A stretch of DNA of 64,000 bases from Octopus sinensis (Eukaryota), in contig NC_043003.1 of NCBI RefSeq assembly GCF_006345805.1, positions 70,990,001-71,054,000 on the forward strand. Reading direction: 5' to 3'. The notes under the pieces were generated by a model, which saw nothing but the letters and a program-made list of their open reading frames with translations, did not search any database and had not been told where the DNA came from. Positions within the stretch are counted from its first letter, which is position 1, and each line of letters starts with the position of its first letter. The position numbers were made by a program, and so were the translations under genes. Shown here piece after piece: positions 11,180 to 23,692 of this stretch.

Positions 11180-13700
11180 AAAACAACTTGCACATGCAAG
11201 TGCTACCAGTCGAAAGCTCCGCGTACCGGAAGCCAGCAGGTGTATGGGGGTCATCAGGAGAGAATGCGCGCCGTTTCGGGGCCTACCTCTCGATCGCATC
11301 ATTGCGAACCGGCTCCCCTCACTGATATGAGGCCCCGCTTGTTAGGTCAACTGGTTATTAAATAAAGCTCCATATTCTTTTAGCTATCGCTCATCGTCTC
11401 TTTTTACCCAAATCCAGTAGCTAGCTTTTTCCATTATAGTTTGGATATCGTTCATGGTGGTATTCACTTTACGATAAGTTAGGCCTAACGATAACAACAG
11501 TCGCCTTATATTGTGTCCAACGAAGCCTCTACCTAGGAGCTTTACATAACGGTCAATCTTTCGAGCTCGAGCAGCGTCCGTGTTCATGAAGAATCGTTAA
11601 CTCGACTAGATTCACCATTTACTTTCACACCACATTACAATATCCAGTGTTTTCGCAAGTGAGATGGGAAAGAATCCTTGGTACCATGGTAAATCTGCAG
11701 CCACCTCCCAAAAGCCGATCCATTTTTCATCACTCACAGAAAGTTTTTTCTTTTTGTAACAGATCTGCTGTCCTGAGCGCACGAAGGTAATGAAATCTCT
11801 GGATGGTTCTTCCATCGTTTTTTCCCCCACTGTTGATGAGAGGAATTTGGTTTTTTATAGCATTGAAATTAACCTTAAGGACCAGGTTGGGTCTCCATGT
11901 TTATCTATTCAATTCTAGGGAATAATTGGAAAGAATATGCTTCAGTGTTCCGACCTTTCTGAATTTGCATATACCATTCTCTGAGACGTTCCATCTTAAT
12001 AGATTTGTAGGAGATGACAACGCATCTTACGATGAACGAATCAGAAAACTTAGCCGAGATGTAGTCCACCTCCATATCTCATTCCAACTTATTTTTCTCT
12101 CAACATGTTTTTCCCATCTCGTCATCTGTTCTGGAATGCATTGGATCAAATGAAGCTCTCTTTTCTCTGTTTCTCTTTTGGTAATGCTGTTGCTAGCAAC
12201 AGATCTGCGTTCACTCCGCATCGTACCTGCAAACAGTTTGAACCGATCTGTGCCAAAACCAAGTCTCTTCCGACGAATATGCGTTGCACCCAACATACTT
12301 CGGTGTGTAAGAGAAGACAGAATATCATTAGTCTCTGCTTCTGCTTTCCACTTCCCGGCCGTTTTTACATCTAGTGGATTACGCTTGATCTCTATATGCT
12401 TTGACTCTCTCAGCATCATCACCGTTCGTACCTTACCTAGTTTATAAATTTCGACTACTGACTCCAGTAGTAACTGCAACGAGCCTCTTTTACGATGGAG
12501 AGCTGAACTATTCAATATTTGAAGTAGGCTTAGCCGCTTTCTAATGAACAGATTACATTTTTGTTCAATGATTTGAACTCGTGACAATTCTACCTCGTAT
12601 ATTAAAAGTGCCCACGAAAGTCGCGGATATAAGCCGAACTGTAAGCACCAAATTTTATATTTACCTGGTGGCTTTGAGTTGTCAATTGCTGTTAATCCAA
12701 CCTCGCTTTAGCCCATTTATATGTGGCAGTGACTGGTTATGGTGTGGATCGCTGTAGGTTACTTTGATAAGAACATCCAATTCTTCTTTTGTGCACGATA
12801 AAGTGCCACTCTTCGGTTCAGTGAACAGCTTCTTGGTAACCCCGCTCGTGTTCATCAAAAACTGTTCCCGAGTCCTTTTACTTTCCTTTCTTCGCTCATA
12901 TCGGCGGATATGTTGTTGCACATAACGATATTTCTCTTTAAAATCTTCGAAAAACCTGGTAAGGCCAGGTTTTTCGTTTTCCATCACTTTCTTGGGCTGT
13001 TCTTTTCCTTCTTCAACTGTTTCATTTTCCTGATCTTCCTGCTTGGTCCACATTTACCTTTCGTTAATCGGGTACTATCTTTCACTCCAAACAATTCCTT
13101 TCCTGTATCGTATATTGAGCTTGTTAATTTTCCCAGTTTCTCCACTGTAGATCCCGTCATTTAATAAAGAACTTCACATACCTTGTTCTCAAACTCTTTA
13201 TAGCTTCCTTTCTCATTAGCAACAGGCCACAGAACCCTCAGTTCCCTCCAAGTACTATCTGATGCGCCAATTTCATAACTTGCAGTTTCCTGTTGGGAAG
13301 AGGTCTTTGCTGTAATATTTATCGATCTGCTGTGGTTTGAGTCCGGGAATGATTTGCCACGTGTTTTACAATCAAATAATCCACACTGCTCTGTCCTCTT
13401 CTTATGAGTCTTTCCCTGATGAATCTTTAAACCTCCTTCGGTTGCAAAGGTCCTACAGCACAGCTTGCATCCAAAGTTGTTTGCACTTCGTTCGCTGTTC
13501 GAAGGAATAGCCGTTTCCGTGTTAAGTGGGTTTGATTGATTCTAGACTCACCCCTCTCGGTCAATACAAAGGCAAGGATTGTAAGTCCGCAGCCTCCACC
13601 AGTCTTTCCCGATGTCGATAGTCTTTCCCATTGTCCGGTCGTCTTTCCGAGCAGTCCTCTTGTTTTTCCAAGATGCCTAAGGCCTACCACGAGGTCTTAG
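11180..13700 (-). mobile_element. HERO-like (R2 superfamily) non-LTR retrotransposon with the RT core deleted
   Basis: Minus order: C2H2 finger CKLCCRTFATEGGLKIHQGKTH (~13420-13490), LWPVANEKG, GVTKKLFTEPKSGTLSCTKEEL, direct jump to PGKYKIWCLQFGLYPRLSWALLIYEV, SRLSFLIRSSYD, restriction-like nuclease region (DIVMW, GRGFV, ASYWIWVKR). Confidence 0.8.
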
Positions 13701-13958
13701 ATGTTTTGCAAACAACTTGCACGTGCAAGTGCTACCAGTCGAAAGTTCCGCATACTGGAAGCCAGCAAGTGTATGGGGTCATCAGGAGAGAATTCGCGCC
13801 GTTTCGGAGCCTACCTCTCGACCACATTATTGCGCACCGGCCCCATTAATAATATGAGGTCCCGCTTGCTAGATCAACTGCTTATCAAATAAAGCTCAAT
13901 ATTCTTTCAGCCATCGCTCATCGTCTCTTTTTAATCAAATCCAGTGGCTAGCCTTTTT
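13700..13958 (-). mobile_element. Second copy of the HERO 3' end, head-to-tail
   Basis: Direct repeat of ~11180-11430 (AAACAACTTGCAC.TGCAAGTGCTACCAGTCGAAAG..AAATCCAGT.GCTAGC). Confidence 0.85.
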
Positions 13959-13973
13959 CAAACACACACACAC

Positions 13974-14021
<48 letters not shown>

Positions 14022-14087
14022 TGTATATATATATATATATACGTATACAATATATAACCACACAATTTGTATATTTTTATATATATA

Positions 14088-14212
14088 TGCGGTCAAGAGG
14101 TAGGCCCCGAAACGGCACGCATTCTCTCCTGATGGCCCCATACACTTGCTGGCTTCCGGTATGAAGAGCTTTCGACTGGTAGCACTTGCATGTGCAAATT
14201 ATTTGAAAAACA
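14088..14212 (+). mobile_element. Third, inverted copy of the HERO 3' UTR
   Basis: Reverse complement of 11180-11295. Confidence 0.85.
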
Positions 14213-14388
14213 TATATCTATATATACGCAAGAGAAAATTATTAAATAGTGCAATACAGTAGTATTGCTTCCCAGTAAAACAAAGTATCATCAGGTTAAA
14301 GTATAAATAAGATGGTGGTTACAGCAATGCACCAATATTTACTGGAAATAGCAGTCGATAATATGCAACTCTATAGTAAATCTTCACA

Positions 14389-14431
<43 letters not shown>

Positions 14432-14434
14432 GTG

Positions 14435-14465
<31 letters not shown>

Positions 14466-14473
14466 TGTGTGGA

Positions 14474-14754
14474 TGCGCAATGGCCCAGTGGTTAGGGCAG
14501 CGGATTCGCGGTCGTACGATTGCGGTTTCGATTCCCAGACCGAGCGTTGAGCGAAAACACCTAAAAGCTCCACGAGGCTCCGGCAGGGGGTGGTGATCCC
14601 TGCTGTACTCTTTCACCACTCTTTCTCCCACTCTTTCTTCTGTTGGCCTGCTCGCCTAGCCAGCGGGGTGGCGTCATTCGAAGGCTAAAACAATGCGAAC
14701 GCATTGTGACCAGCGATGTGTAACTACATCTGATGGACTGGTCGGTCACGTGAT

Positions 14755-14763
<9 letters not shown>
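14474..14763 (+). mobile_element. SINE family D
   Basis: TGGCCCAGTGGTTAGGGCAGCGGA..GGTTTCGATTCCCAGACC head; homolog 53353-53641. Confidence 0.9.
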
Positions 14764-14799
<36 letters not shown>

Positions 14800-14970
14800 C
14801 ACAGGAGTGGCTGTATGGTAAGTAGCTTGCTTAACAACCACATGATTCCGGGTTCAGTTCCACTGCGTGGCACCTTGGGCAAGTGTCTTCTACTATATCC
14901 TCGGGCCGACCAAAGCCTTGTGAGTGGATTTGGTAGACGGAAACTGAAAGAAGCCCGTCGCATATATGTA

Positions 14971-15017
<47 letters not shown>

Positions 15018-15402
15018 GTTATCGCCATACTAATATGGCATTCTTATAAAAATAAGAATAAAGCTGTCCGCTTAGTAGCTCCATGAGGCCATCGCCTTAA
15101 GTTAGCTATTTGATACACAAACTGTATCCATATGGTTTTATTTACCTAGTTTCGGTGGAATACATCCACTTGTTTTCAATAATAGAAATATTAAAATTAC
15201 TAAGTCTCTCTAAAAGAGAACAGCGGCAGCGTTCCCGGAAAATAATAGTTATCGCCATACTAATATGGCATTCTTATAAAAATAAGAATAAAGCTGTCCG
15301 CTTATTAGCTCCATGAGGCCATCGCCTTAAGTTAGCTATTTGATACACAAACTGTTTCCATATAACCTTCGAACAAGGGAGGTCAGTCGCTCCACACTAC
15401 TT

Positions 15403-15462
15403 GACCGGCAGCTACAGACGCGTTTCGGGGTATTGCCCCTTTTCAATGCAGCGTAGCCAGCC
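15403..15462 (-). ncRNA. Type I hammerhead, U3-A8 variant core (copy 1)
   Basis: Exact reverse complement of 15712-15771; cleavage between 15417 and 15416. Confidence 0.75.
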
Positions 15463-15711
15463 AGTAGTTTTCAAATAGCTAACTTAAGGCGATGGCCTCA
15501 TGAAGCTAATAAGCGGACAGCTTTATTCTTATTTTTATAAGAATGCCATATTAGTATGGCGATAACTTATTTTCCGGGAACGCTGCCGCTGTTCTCTTTT
15601 AGAGAGACTTAGTAATTTTAATATTTCTATTATTGAAAACAAGTGGATGTATTCCACCGAAACTAGGTAAATAAAACCATCGAACAGAGATTGTCGGAAG
15701 CGACACCTACT

Positions 15712-15771
15712 GGCTGGCTACGCTGCATTGAAAAGGGGCAATACCCCGAAACGCGTCTGTAGCTGCCGGTC
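15712..15771 (+). ncRNA. Type I hammerhead, U3-A8 variant core (copy 2)
   Basis: GCTGCA-TTGAAAA-GGGG CAATA CCCC-GAAA-CGCG-TC|TGTAGC. Helix I 6 bp plus 7-bp extension GGCTGGC/GCCGGTC; palindromic helix III ACGCGT; GTC site at 15757. Confidence 0.75.
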
Positions 15772-15993
15772 AAGTAGTGTGGAGCGACTGACCTCCTTGT
15801 TCGAAGGTTATATGGATACAGTTTGTGTATCAAATAGCTAACTTAAGGCGATGGCCTCATGGAGCTAATAAGCGGACAGCTTTATTCTTATTTTTATAAG
15901 AATGCCATATTAGTATGGCGATAACTATTATTTTCCGGGAACGCTGCCGCTGCCGTGTTCTCTTTTAGAGAGACTTAGTAATTTTAATATTTC

Positions 15994-16050
<57 letters not shown>

Positions 16051-16964
16051 CATATGTCTGTGTGTCTGTGTTTGTCTCCCCATCATCGCCTGACAACCGA
16101 TGCTAGTGTGTTTACTTAGCGGTTCGGCAAAAGAGACCGATAGAATAAGTCCTGGGATCGATTTGCTCGAATAAAGGCGGTGCTCCGTCATGGCCGCAGT
16201 CAAATGACTGAAACAGGTAAAAGAGTATATATATATATATATATATATATATACTGGCAAAAATATTTGCAAGCGACGAACATAAAAAAGTTCATCTTAC
16301 CGGTAGTAAGAACTTTAAATAAATGTACAACCCAGATGTGGATAATCTAGGGCTAAGGTTTCGAACTCTCCAAATTACGTTAACATATATATGTATACAC
16401 GCACAAGATTATGTATACACATACACCTTTCAGCATGGCCGAAGTCTAATGACAAAAAAAAAAAGAACAATAGAAAATAAAAAAACAAATAAATATATGC
16501 ATTCACCTAAACATACTTCTTAAATAATTGTAAAGTAAATATATGCCACATATACGCTAAGATATGGTAAAGAAATATATGGTTCAGATACACAAAAACC
16601 AGAAATTGGGATATATCATAATAATCCATTATATTCATCCAAGCGAAGCTACAGATATAAAAGTTATGTAGAGAAACATGAGCAAACTTTATAATTGCCA
16701 ACAGAGCGTAACGCAAATGCTAACTTTCTAAGGGAATGACAAAAATATAAATAGAGTGTTTTGGCTGTATTTACAGCCGCACACACACTCACACACATTG
16801 AATGACAAAACAATCAGAGTTACATTATCACATTCATTTGCTCATTGCTGTTTCTGTTGTAAGTATGTGTTGCCCCAAAGCTGAGTGTTAGTGCAACATC
16901 TTACAGCTTTTTCAGAGGCGCGTTCTAAAACTTGCTTATCAGTATCTCTATGATTAATGGAATC

Positions 16965-17008
<44 letters not shown>

Positions 17009-17578
17009 CCGTAAATCCTCGAGTATAATCCGTATTTTCTTCCCAAAATTTAAAGGTCAAAATCCCTAGTGCGTACAATATACGAGGTTAAAAATGAAAA
17101 TTATTTTCTAAGCAATGTCCGAGTCTCTATTTGCTCAATTTATTCTCCCCAACGCTGCTGTGAGAGTTACATCATTTGTTTAGTATGAAAGTATTTCATC
17201 GATGCCGGCATCAAGTTCACAAGTCACCCAAGACTTGATCCTTGTCTTCTCTTCTCCCCACAAAACACAAGTTCACATTACATAATAACATTTTGACATT
17301 TCCTTTTTATCGCAACAAGTCCTGCTTTACTCAAGATTATATCGAAAGAAATTAAAGAAGCAAAAGTCCCCATTACATTCAAACAGTACCTGGACAAATT
17401 CTTCTCAGAAAGACTAGATATACTACTGAAACCTGAACACTTGTGTTCAGAGTTGTTGTTTCGGAAAAAACAACTTCACTCTCTCCACTTGTAGGCTAAG
17501 TGTCCTAAAACATGATTAAAATAATACTTCACGTAGTTGTATCTAGTTAGATATGGCCTAAGTTATCTAAATGAAATG

Positions 17579-17612
<34 letters not shown>

Positions 17613-17914
17613 TGTATGTATGTATGTATGTATGTATGTATGTATGTATGTATGTATGAATGTATGTATGTATCTATGTATCTATGTATGTATGTATGTA
17701 TGTATGTATGTATGTATGTATGAATGTATGTGTGTGTATCTATGTATGTATGTGTGTGTGTATGTATGTATGTATGTATGTATCTATACATATATATACA
17801 CGCACACAAACATATTTACAAATATGTGCATAAATGTGTACCTGTGATTATATATACATATATATGTACATTCGCATTTATAAATCCATATATATATATA
17901 TATATATATATATA

Positions 17915-18760
17915 CTAGCTGACGTACCCGGTATTTCCCGGGATAGCGGGCCTTATCCCTTGGTTCCATTCTCATAAGTGTTTCGCTAATCCAATAACAA
18001 TACAAAGTATGTAGCCCTTAAAACCGTTTTTGAGCATTTACAGAGACTACCAAACTGTCTTACACAGGATCTTGTTTTTAGGAATTTCCAATAACTTATG
18101 AATATTCAAATTGTAAAGTCAGTTCTGTAATAACACGAAATTAGTTACCCGATAGTAAGAATTCGAATAAAGTAGCCCCGATAAGGGCTTTAATGCGTTC
18201 CCAGAGTATATAGAATATAGGAGGAAATACTAATAAGGTGTGTATATTAAAATCGTGAAGCATGTCACGTAATAACAGGCTAATCAGATATGAGGTAGTA
18301 AGAATTCAAAGTAAATAACTCTGAAAAGGGCTTTTGTGCATTCCAAGAGATTATAACCATCAGGGGCGCTAGTGTTGGTATATTCGTGAATAAGTCGGTA
18401 ACCGAAATAAGTGGATCTATTATTTAGGAAAATACTATTTACCCGTTTCAGGGTTGTATTGGATAAATTGCAAAACTAACCCTACCAGTTCAAATACTAA
18501 GAAATAAGCATACTAAATTTCATTTTTACCAAATAATTTAGGAAAATGAATGGGTTATTTCCTTTGGCTTTATATAAGGATCCCTTCCAAGAGCCCTATT
18601 ATCAATTTTTTCAACAATCTGAGTATGGCATGAGGTTTCCAGAATGAGTTCTACTCATGTATCAAGTTTCATCAAAATCGATAAAACGATGTAGGAGGAG
18701 TTTGCTAACAACTCCACAAACACACACATACACAGAATTTACCACATATGTAGTATATAT
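17915..18760 (-). mobile_element. Helitron-like non-autonomous element
   Basis: Minus 3' end CCCGGGAAATACCGGG-TACGTCAG-CTAG|T (17942-17914); degenerate ~142-bp internal repeats (18127, 18269); 5' limit approximate. Confidence 0.65.
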
Positions 18761-18785
18761 ATACATACACACATTCACACACACG

Positions 18786-18824
<39 letters not shown>

Positions 18825-19284
18825 CACACACACACACACACACACATGCACACACTGACTGTGTGGAAAGGCGTTTGCTTCAAAACCACATGGTTCAAGG
18901 TTTAGTTCCACTATTATAGCCCCGGGAACGACCAAAACCTTGTAAGTGGATTTGGTAGACGGAAACTAAAAAGCCTGTCGTGTATACACACACACACTCT
19001 CTCTCTATCTCTCTCTCTCTTTGTCTTACACACACACACACACACACATATTGCATAAAAGAAGGAAAATGTACACAGTTTACATAGTTTTAATATATCT
19101 TTAAATATATTTTATAAGTGAAAGAGTATTGTGTTTGTCGACCGGTTTTGCTTTCGCTGATTATGTAATTTCGTATTTTCTTAAGAATATTTCAGTCCAT
19201 GTTCTTGTATGGAAGTGCGTGAATGAATCAACAAGTAGAAAGATCTAGGGGGAGGTAATTGGTGATCGAATTGGTAATTCCTCA

Positions 19285-19328
<44 letters not shown>

Positions 19329-20929
19329 ATAAATATATGTACAAAAACTCAAACGCTAAAGTAGTGAGATGAAATACATATGGTGATGGGTATGTGATCA
19401 TAAATTAAAATATATACTGAGACTGAAGTTGGTTATGCTTTCATATTTAAGTATGTTCTGTATCTTTCAATAAAAATTCATTTATCGAAAAATACAGAAC
19501 ACGCCTAGATATGAATGCAAAACCAACTTTAGGCTCAATATATATTTTAATTCATGATCATGTAACCATTACCGTACATATTTCATCTCACTAATTTAGT
19601 TACATCTCCGTAACTTAGCAGTTTGACAAAAGAGACCGATAGAATAAGTAGCCGATTTTAAAGAAAATAAATGCCAGGGTAGATCCTTTCGAGTAAAACT
19701 CTTGAAGGTGATCCCCCAGGATGGTCGCATTTCAATGACTGAAACAGATAAAAGGTAATATATATATATATGAAAATTTCAAGAAAACGTTTTGAAAAGA
19801 CGCTAAAAAAATCAAGGAGTACTTTCTGAATGATAACATTTATCTCAATGTCACAGAAATTCCCACCTATTTTTATGTGGTCTAATTATTTCAACAATGC
19901 TGGTTGTTATCATTGTTAGTACTTTGTATTCTGTCGGAAGCCAGATAAAATAAACGGAAGTAAACGTGAGAAAATATGGACTTGAGCAAATTCCATATAT
20001 CTAATTGACATTTTTTAAGGGTCATTGATACTGATGCATGTACATTCTCGTGCACACACACACATCCACACACACACAAACATATACAGAGAGAGAGTGA
20101 GAGGGAAGAGATATGAAGAGAGAGAGAGGGAGGGGGGAGATATGACGAGAGAGAGAGAGAGAGAATGGGTGTCATTTATGAGAAAGTTCGTTCGCGGATC
20201 TTAAGGTGCTAGGTGACCCAACAACAGTAGTAACAACAAGGAATACAATAAAACATATATCTTTAATAGGATTTTTTTTTATTTTGGTAAAATTTCACAT
20301 ATTTCATTTAAGTATAATTAGCGAGTCTTCAGGGTACATGACGTACTTTTCTTAGCGCCTAAACTTGATGTCAAAATCCGCTGGCACATGTATGTATGTT
20401 TTCAGCTTTATTTGAAGATTTCTTACCAATAAGGAACCGATTTCTAACCTAGATCCAAGGCTCCTTCATTGGAATTTCGACAACATCAACAATATATTTG
20501 TACATGTTTGTATGTACGTGTGCAGTATTGGAGTCAGTGCATGTGAAGAGTTGTGTTTCGTTTTATGTATTAGTATTATTAGTATGCATGTATGGCACCC
20601 TCCGGTACTCGCCTCATCCTCCATCCCAACAAACACTGCATGCTCCCCTCCATCACCTTTTTAACCAGTTCGTCTTCCGCTTCTTGTACAACACACACGC
20701 AAAACAACCAGTGGGAGGGGAAGTTTGTGGGTTCCTGTGTGTTAATACTTTTCTTTTTTGTTTTTGTGTTGGAGAGGAATGGGAAGGTTTTGTGTCTACA
20801 GGGAGAGGGTGGGACGAAGAGGGCGAGGGTGGGCATTGGGTAATTGTGGGGTGGGGTTCTCTGTGTGTTGGATTTAATTTCTTCCTTTTTCTTTTCCCTG
20901 TTGTGTATATACTTAAATGCTAAACTAGA

Positions 20930-21110
20930 AACTTTTACAAATTTTACAGTTCCATTGATGGCTTGAATCTGTAATCTCCTAATTAGCTATCTCCTTTCTG
21001 GTTTTGAGAAGTCTAATTTCTCAATGTTGGTGATTAGGCAGTGTGTTACATATCCCAGTGCTCCAAAAATAAATCTGAATTTGTATTTCGAGTTTATCAA
21101 CAGTTAAGCG
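20930..21110 (-). mobile_element. R4/Dong-like restriction-endonuclease LINE C-terminal remnant
   Basis: FIFGALGYVTHCLITNIEKLDF..LIRRLQIQAINGTVKFVK. Confidence 0.5.
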
Positions 21111-21419
21111 TAGGTACATTTATGGATTTATATTTTTACATGTTTATATTTATGAATTTTTATATGTTTATATATTTAGACTTATGAATTTTTATGTGCT
21201 TATAAATTTTTATATAGCTATGAAATTTTATATATTTATAAAATTTCGTGTATATGTATGTATTTGTAAATTCTTAGAAATTTTATATCTCATACAGACG
21301 AATACATGTATGTATGTATGTATGTATGTATGTGTGTTGTATACGATGGAGAATTTCATTAATATGGATTGAATGAATATATACAGACCTTTGAATTTGT
21401 TTCCTCTCCTTCTTAATTC

Positions 21420-21511
<92 letters not shown>

Positions 21512-21526
21512 ATATATATATATATC

Positions 21527-21558
<32 letters not shown>

Positions 21559-21656
21559 ATACACACACAGGTGCCTAAGGTATTTGAGGACTACCTTTTT
21601 AGGGTCATTGACGCATCTTTTGCTAACTCTGTATGATCTTTGTTTCAGAAAATAAT

Positions 21657-22105
21657 AATGGCAGACCCTCAGCTTACTCAAGAAATGAAGAGGCATGCTG
21701 CTATTGCGGTTATAAAGGCTGAGCATAGCGACTTAGAAATATCTTGACTTTTAAAAGTTGCTAAATCTTTCTCCTACAAAGTTTGTAAGGAGCTAGAGAC
21801 TGAAGATGGAACCGTATCACCAGTACCAAAGCATAAAAAGCACTCTAAACACTCTGAAATGTTCAGAACACTTGAATTTATCCAGTTTAACAGACCATTG
21901 ATTACAATCCCTGATAGTCCATGAGGTCAAGTGCAAAAGATCTCCATGTATCACAAAGAACAGTAAAAAATGTTGTCCATAAAGACATTAGATATAAGTC
22001 CTGTATGATGAGGAAAGGTCAATTTGTCCGAAAAGGTAAAAGAAAACCACTACATCAGATCCAAAAGGTTCTTGAACAAACTGAAAAATCCAGCAAAAGA
22101 TGATC
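21657..22105 (+). mobile_element. Tc1/mariner (maT-like) transposase N-terminal remnant
   Basis: MKRHAAI..AEHSDLEIS..MRSSAKDLHVSQRTVKNVVHKDIRYKS..RKGQF..KRFLNKLK; decayed. Confidence 0.6.
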
Positions 22106-22479
22106 ATTGTCTCATTTATAAGAACAAACTCGCGTATCTGTCTTAGTGATAAGTTTCAAGGATGTTTAGACGAGATTTCGACACTAATTTGATTCAACAT
22201 GCTGCTATGTTGATCTCTGGTATGTTGATTAGAGTATCAACGACTGTTTCCTGTCTTTATACTCCCGCCAGTGTTCATTTAGCATAGTGTTTCTCAACCA
22301 TTTTTTGCCTATGGGTCCCTTTGATTCCTATGTTACTCTTCTGGAACTCCATAGGGTTTGCATAAGAGAGATACGTTGTTCATTATCCTAACAAAATCCA
22401 CTATAAGTACGTTTATCTTATTAATGTGTGGTAAACCTGAATTCTTATGAATAACATTTGGCAGCCATGAGTTTCATAT

Positions 22480-23040
22480 GAAAGGAGTGGAGTTGAACCT
22501 TGTTGTTGGTAGACCCTAATCAAAGTTTAATGTCAAGAACTGAGAGTCTATTGTTAGGGTGCTTATTCTGGTTGATGGAGTTAGCTATGCGTTGGATGTT
22601 CTCCATCGTACTCCTCTCGGTTTCCTTGGTATCACCACCTGGAATTGCCCTAACTAGAATGTTGATATCATTTACATATTTACGGTATAGTATTACAGCT
22701 ACAGCGTGTTCAATTGGGGATTTCTTAAGGCTTTTGTCCTACCAGGTCATGAAAAAACCGATCACGTCCCCAGTTACACCGACACCGTTGGCTGCTCCTT
22801 GGACCTGCTTATATAATTTCTTTTTATTGAACACGACTATGTGTTTTTTCCAAAGCAATTCTTATATCAGCACCTATTGCATGTGCAATCATCTTTTTCA
22901 CCTGTTCTCTGGATCCTCGATGGGTATAGTCCAGCCATTTCATCGATCTGTTGTGCTCTTCTTCGCTGGTGACGTGATGGTGGGTGACCTTCCTTCGTTC
23001 GGATCTGGTAGGGAAGAACCTACTTAGGCAATCACTGTCG
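22480..23040 (-). mobile_element. PLE (Neptune-like) reverse transcriptase remnant
   Basis: Minus: HIVVFNKKKLYKQVQGAANGVGVTGDVIGFFMTW..LYRKYVNDINI..TMENIQRIANSI..RLSVLDIKL. The listed plus-strand ORF 22500-23027 is antisense. Confidence 0.7.
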
Positions 23041-23692
23041 TAGGTTAATCTTAAGAAGAGGCCTAATTTTCTTGTGTTTACTTCACAATATTACTTCACT
23101 TTGGTACATTTATACATTTCTCTTCGTACATTTTTCTACAGCAAAATCCTCGTCAATTGATGGATAGAATGATATAACGCTCATACCACCTACTATACAA
23201 CCTGTGTGGTTGTCAGGGCGGTTACATTCACTGATCTCGCCGTGGAGGTCTTCTGTGCTCATACAGACATCCAGAAACATTTCATCGTGTGGTCGCAGTA
23301 GGACAGCCTATAGTTGCTGAAAATAATAGCCCCACAAATCAGCTGGGTTGGGAAGCCAGCAACCGAGTCTATGTAAGGTTTGTGGTTCATTCGTAACCTA
23401 TGGAGCATAGGAACATCGTTGTTAGAAGTTAAAAAATTCTGTGCAGGCAGTTTTTAGGATGGAGTATGTTGCATCACATTTACATCTATGCGTTGAGAAG
23501 TTTCCCTATTTTTTCATATTCTTGTGGTGCAATCTCTCTCATGTTATCGATGTGTTGTTGCACTCACACAAGCGTATGTGTGCGCGCGCACGCACACACA
23601 CACATTCAACAGAGCACACATATAAGTAAATGCTTACACATCTACATAAACACATACATACATACATACACACACGTAGGCGTAAGACTTAC

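Larger units (their letters stand above)
15012..15998. mobile_element. Head-to-head multimer of a 359-bp non-coding hammerhead unit (PLE pseudo-LTR or retrozyme-like)
   Basis: Right arm period 359 bp (CAAATAGCTAAC at 15472 and 15831); left arm is the reverse complement with period 230 bp; inversion centre ~15468-15471; only scattered differences between copies. Confidence 0.9.
14798..16225 (+). mobile_element. SINE family A split by an insertion into its internal (TA)n: 5' half 14798-14960, 3' half 16030-16225
   Basis: The halves match the two halves of the intact copy at 34599-35008, which has only (TA)n(TG)n between them. Confidence 0.85.

Noticed and set aside
11250-11290. Type II hammerhead in the HERO 3' UTR (GAAAC..CTGATGA on the minus strand)
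   Set aside because: Helix II cannot form (GGCCCC versus CCCCC), and there is no helix III or NUH site.
16897-16945. Hammerhead (minus; CTGATAA..GAAAAAGCTGTA)
   Set aside because: Uncompensated G8->A, broken palindrome and no helix I.
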